Assembly (NCBI GenBank): GCA_024704765.1 | Contig: JAKMXF010000334.1 | Location: 186,001 to 250,000, forward strand | Reading direction: 5' to 3' | DNA: 64,000 bases | DNA from: Oopsacas minuta | Taxonomy: Eukaryota; Animalia; Porifera | Shown here: in pieces, positions 62,988 through 64,000 of the stretch | How positions within the stretch are numbered: position 1 is the stretch's first letter | Layout of the letters: each line of letters opens with the position of its first letter | The notes under the pieces: generated by a model | What the model saw: only the letters and a program-made list of their open reading frames with translations | The model's database searches: none | Told to the model about the DNA's origin: nothing | Translations under genes and position numbers: made by a program

Positions 62988-64000
62988 GTGTGTTCAAATT
63001 GATAGATACAGGCTGTAGGTTGCGTACACGATATTCATTAGATTAGTTTTAAGTGCCGCTATTAATGCAAAATTAAACTTTCGGTTAATATGTACATTTC
63101 TCAGAAATGGATCACCAATTTTGTACAAATTATATAGGAAATATTCCGATAAGACATACTTCGGTTAATACGTTATACGTCTAGGTTAATCTCGAAATAG
63201 GAGATTTTGACATTTTTGGACTTGTACATATCGCATTATTATCTCAAGTATTATACAATTAGCTGATATTTCTCATTAACAATTCGAGAACTTCTGTTTT
63301 CATGCAAAATGTAAATTACAGAAATCAGCCCAATAGAATTACGTCACCAAAAATAGTAGATTGAACGTATAATACGTATTAAACAACTTAGCTATTTTTT
63401 GTCTCTCAAAGAATACATCTTATCCGAATTCTAATAATAACAAATTTTTCGAAATTCTATCTGAGAGCGAAGAGCATCTATGTGAGCGGCGGAGCTAGGC
63501 CCAGGTATACTCAGGCCTGGGTAATCATTAAACTCTAGCTACACCCTGATCTATGTAATACAAATATATCAGTATAATTCAAATATCTATTCAAACTCTT
63601 TTCACAACTAACATCATTGATGACTTAAAGTACAATGGAACCTCACTTAACAGCAGGTTGCCGTGGGGGTGGGATGGGAAATGATTCGATTCCTTACGAT
63701 GGGAAATCCTATTGAAGTTCATGCGTGGAAATCCCATATGGGAATCGCATGGAATTCCCAGATCCCCACAAGTTTCTCATGGGAATTCCTACCTATACAA
63801 GTAAGGGATGGTAAACCTATATTAGTCAAGCATATACCCCCCTGACCATAGGGAGTTTCGCGCCCCCATGATGGCACGTATTTATTTAATTAATTAATTG
63901 TACACTCAGGATTGATAAGAGAAACTGAAAGAACCCCAGGACTGATTTGGCATACAGGTCAATCCTAGTGTTCTACCTTTTACTTTTGTTTGTTTGAGAA

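Overview
AT-rich, gene-dense eukaryotic (animal) genomic DNA with GT-AG spliceosomal introns and two assembly gaps (46931-47819, 48672-49201). The style (expanded coiled-coil+NHL and TRAF-like genes, many single-exon CDSs, dense MITEs) suggests a sponge, possibly a glass sponge such as Oopsacas; this is inference only. The first 23.5 kb is a multi-exon SSRP1 (FACT) gene on + whose introns host five antisense genes or pseudogenes: MRPL2, an NHL protein, two NHL pseudogenes and a TRAF-like gene. Downstream lie a near-intact Tc1 transposon, a secreted ComEC/Rec2-like MBL-fold protein with degenerate metal ligands, DHDH, a RING-TRAF gene, a signal peptide-pesticin-like muramidase-VWA-GPI gene, an intact NHL gene, B3GALT6, MND1, a small membrane ORF, an apparently fully palindromic MULE-derived element with an 8-bp TSD, a SEFIR-like-NACHT-LRR (NLR) gene, and a ZZ-finger + ACSL/CAR-type adenylation gene that runs off the right edge. 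The most notable candidates are the SEFIR-NLR, the GPI-anchored pesticin-VWA muramidase and the palindromic MULE. All domain calls are by-eye motif recognition; no database search was run.
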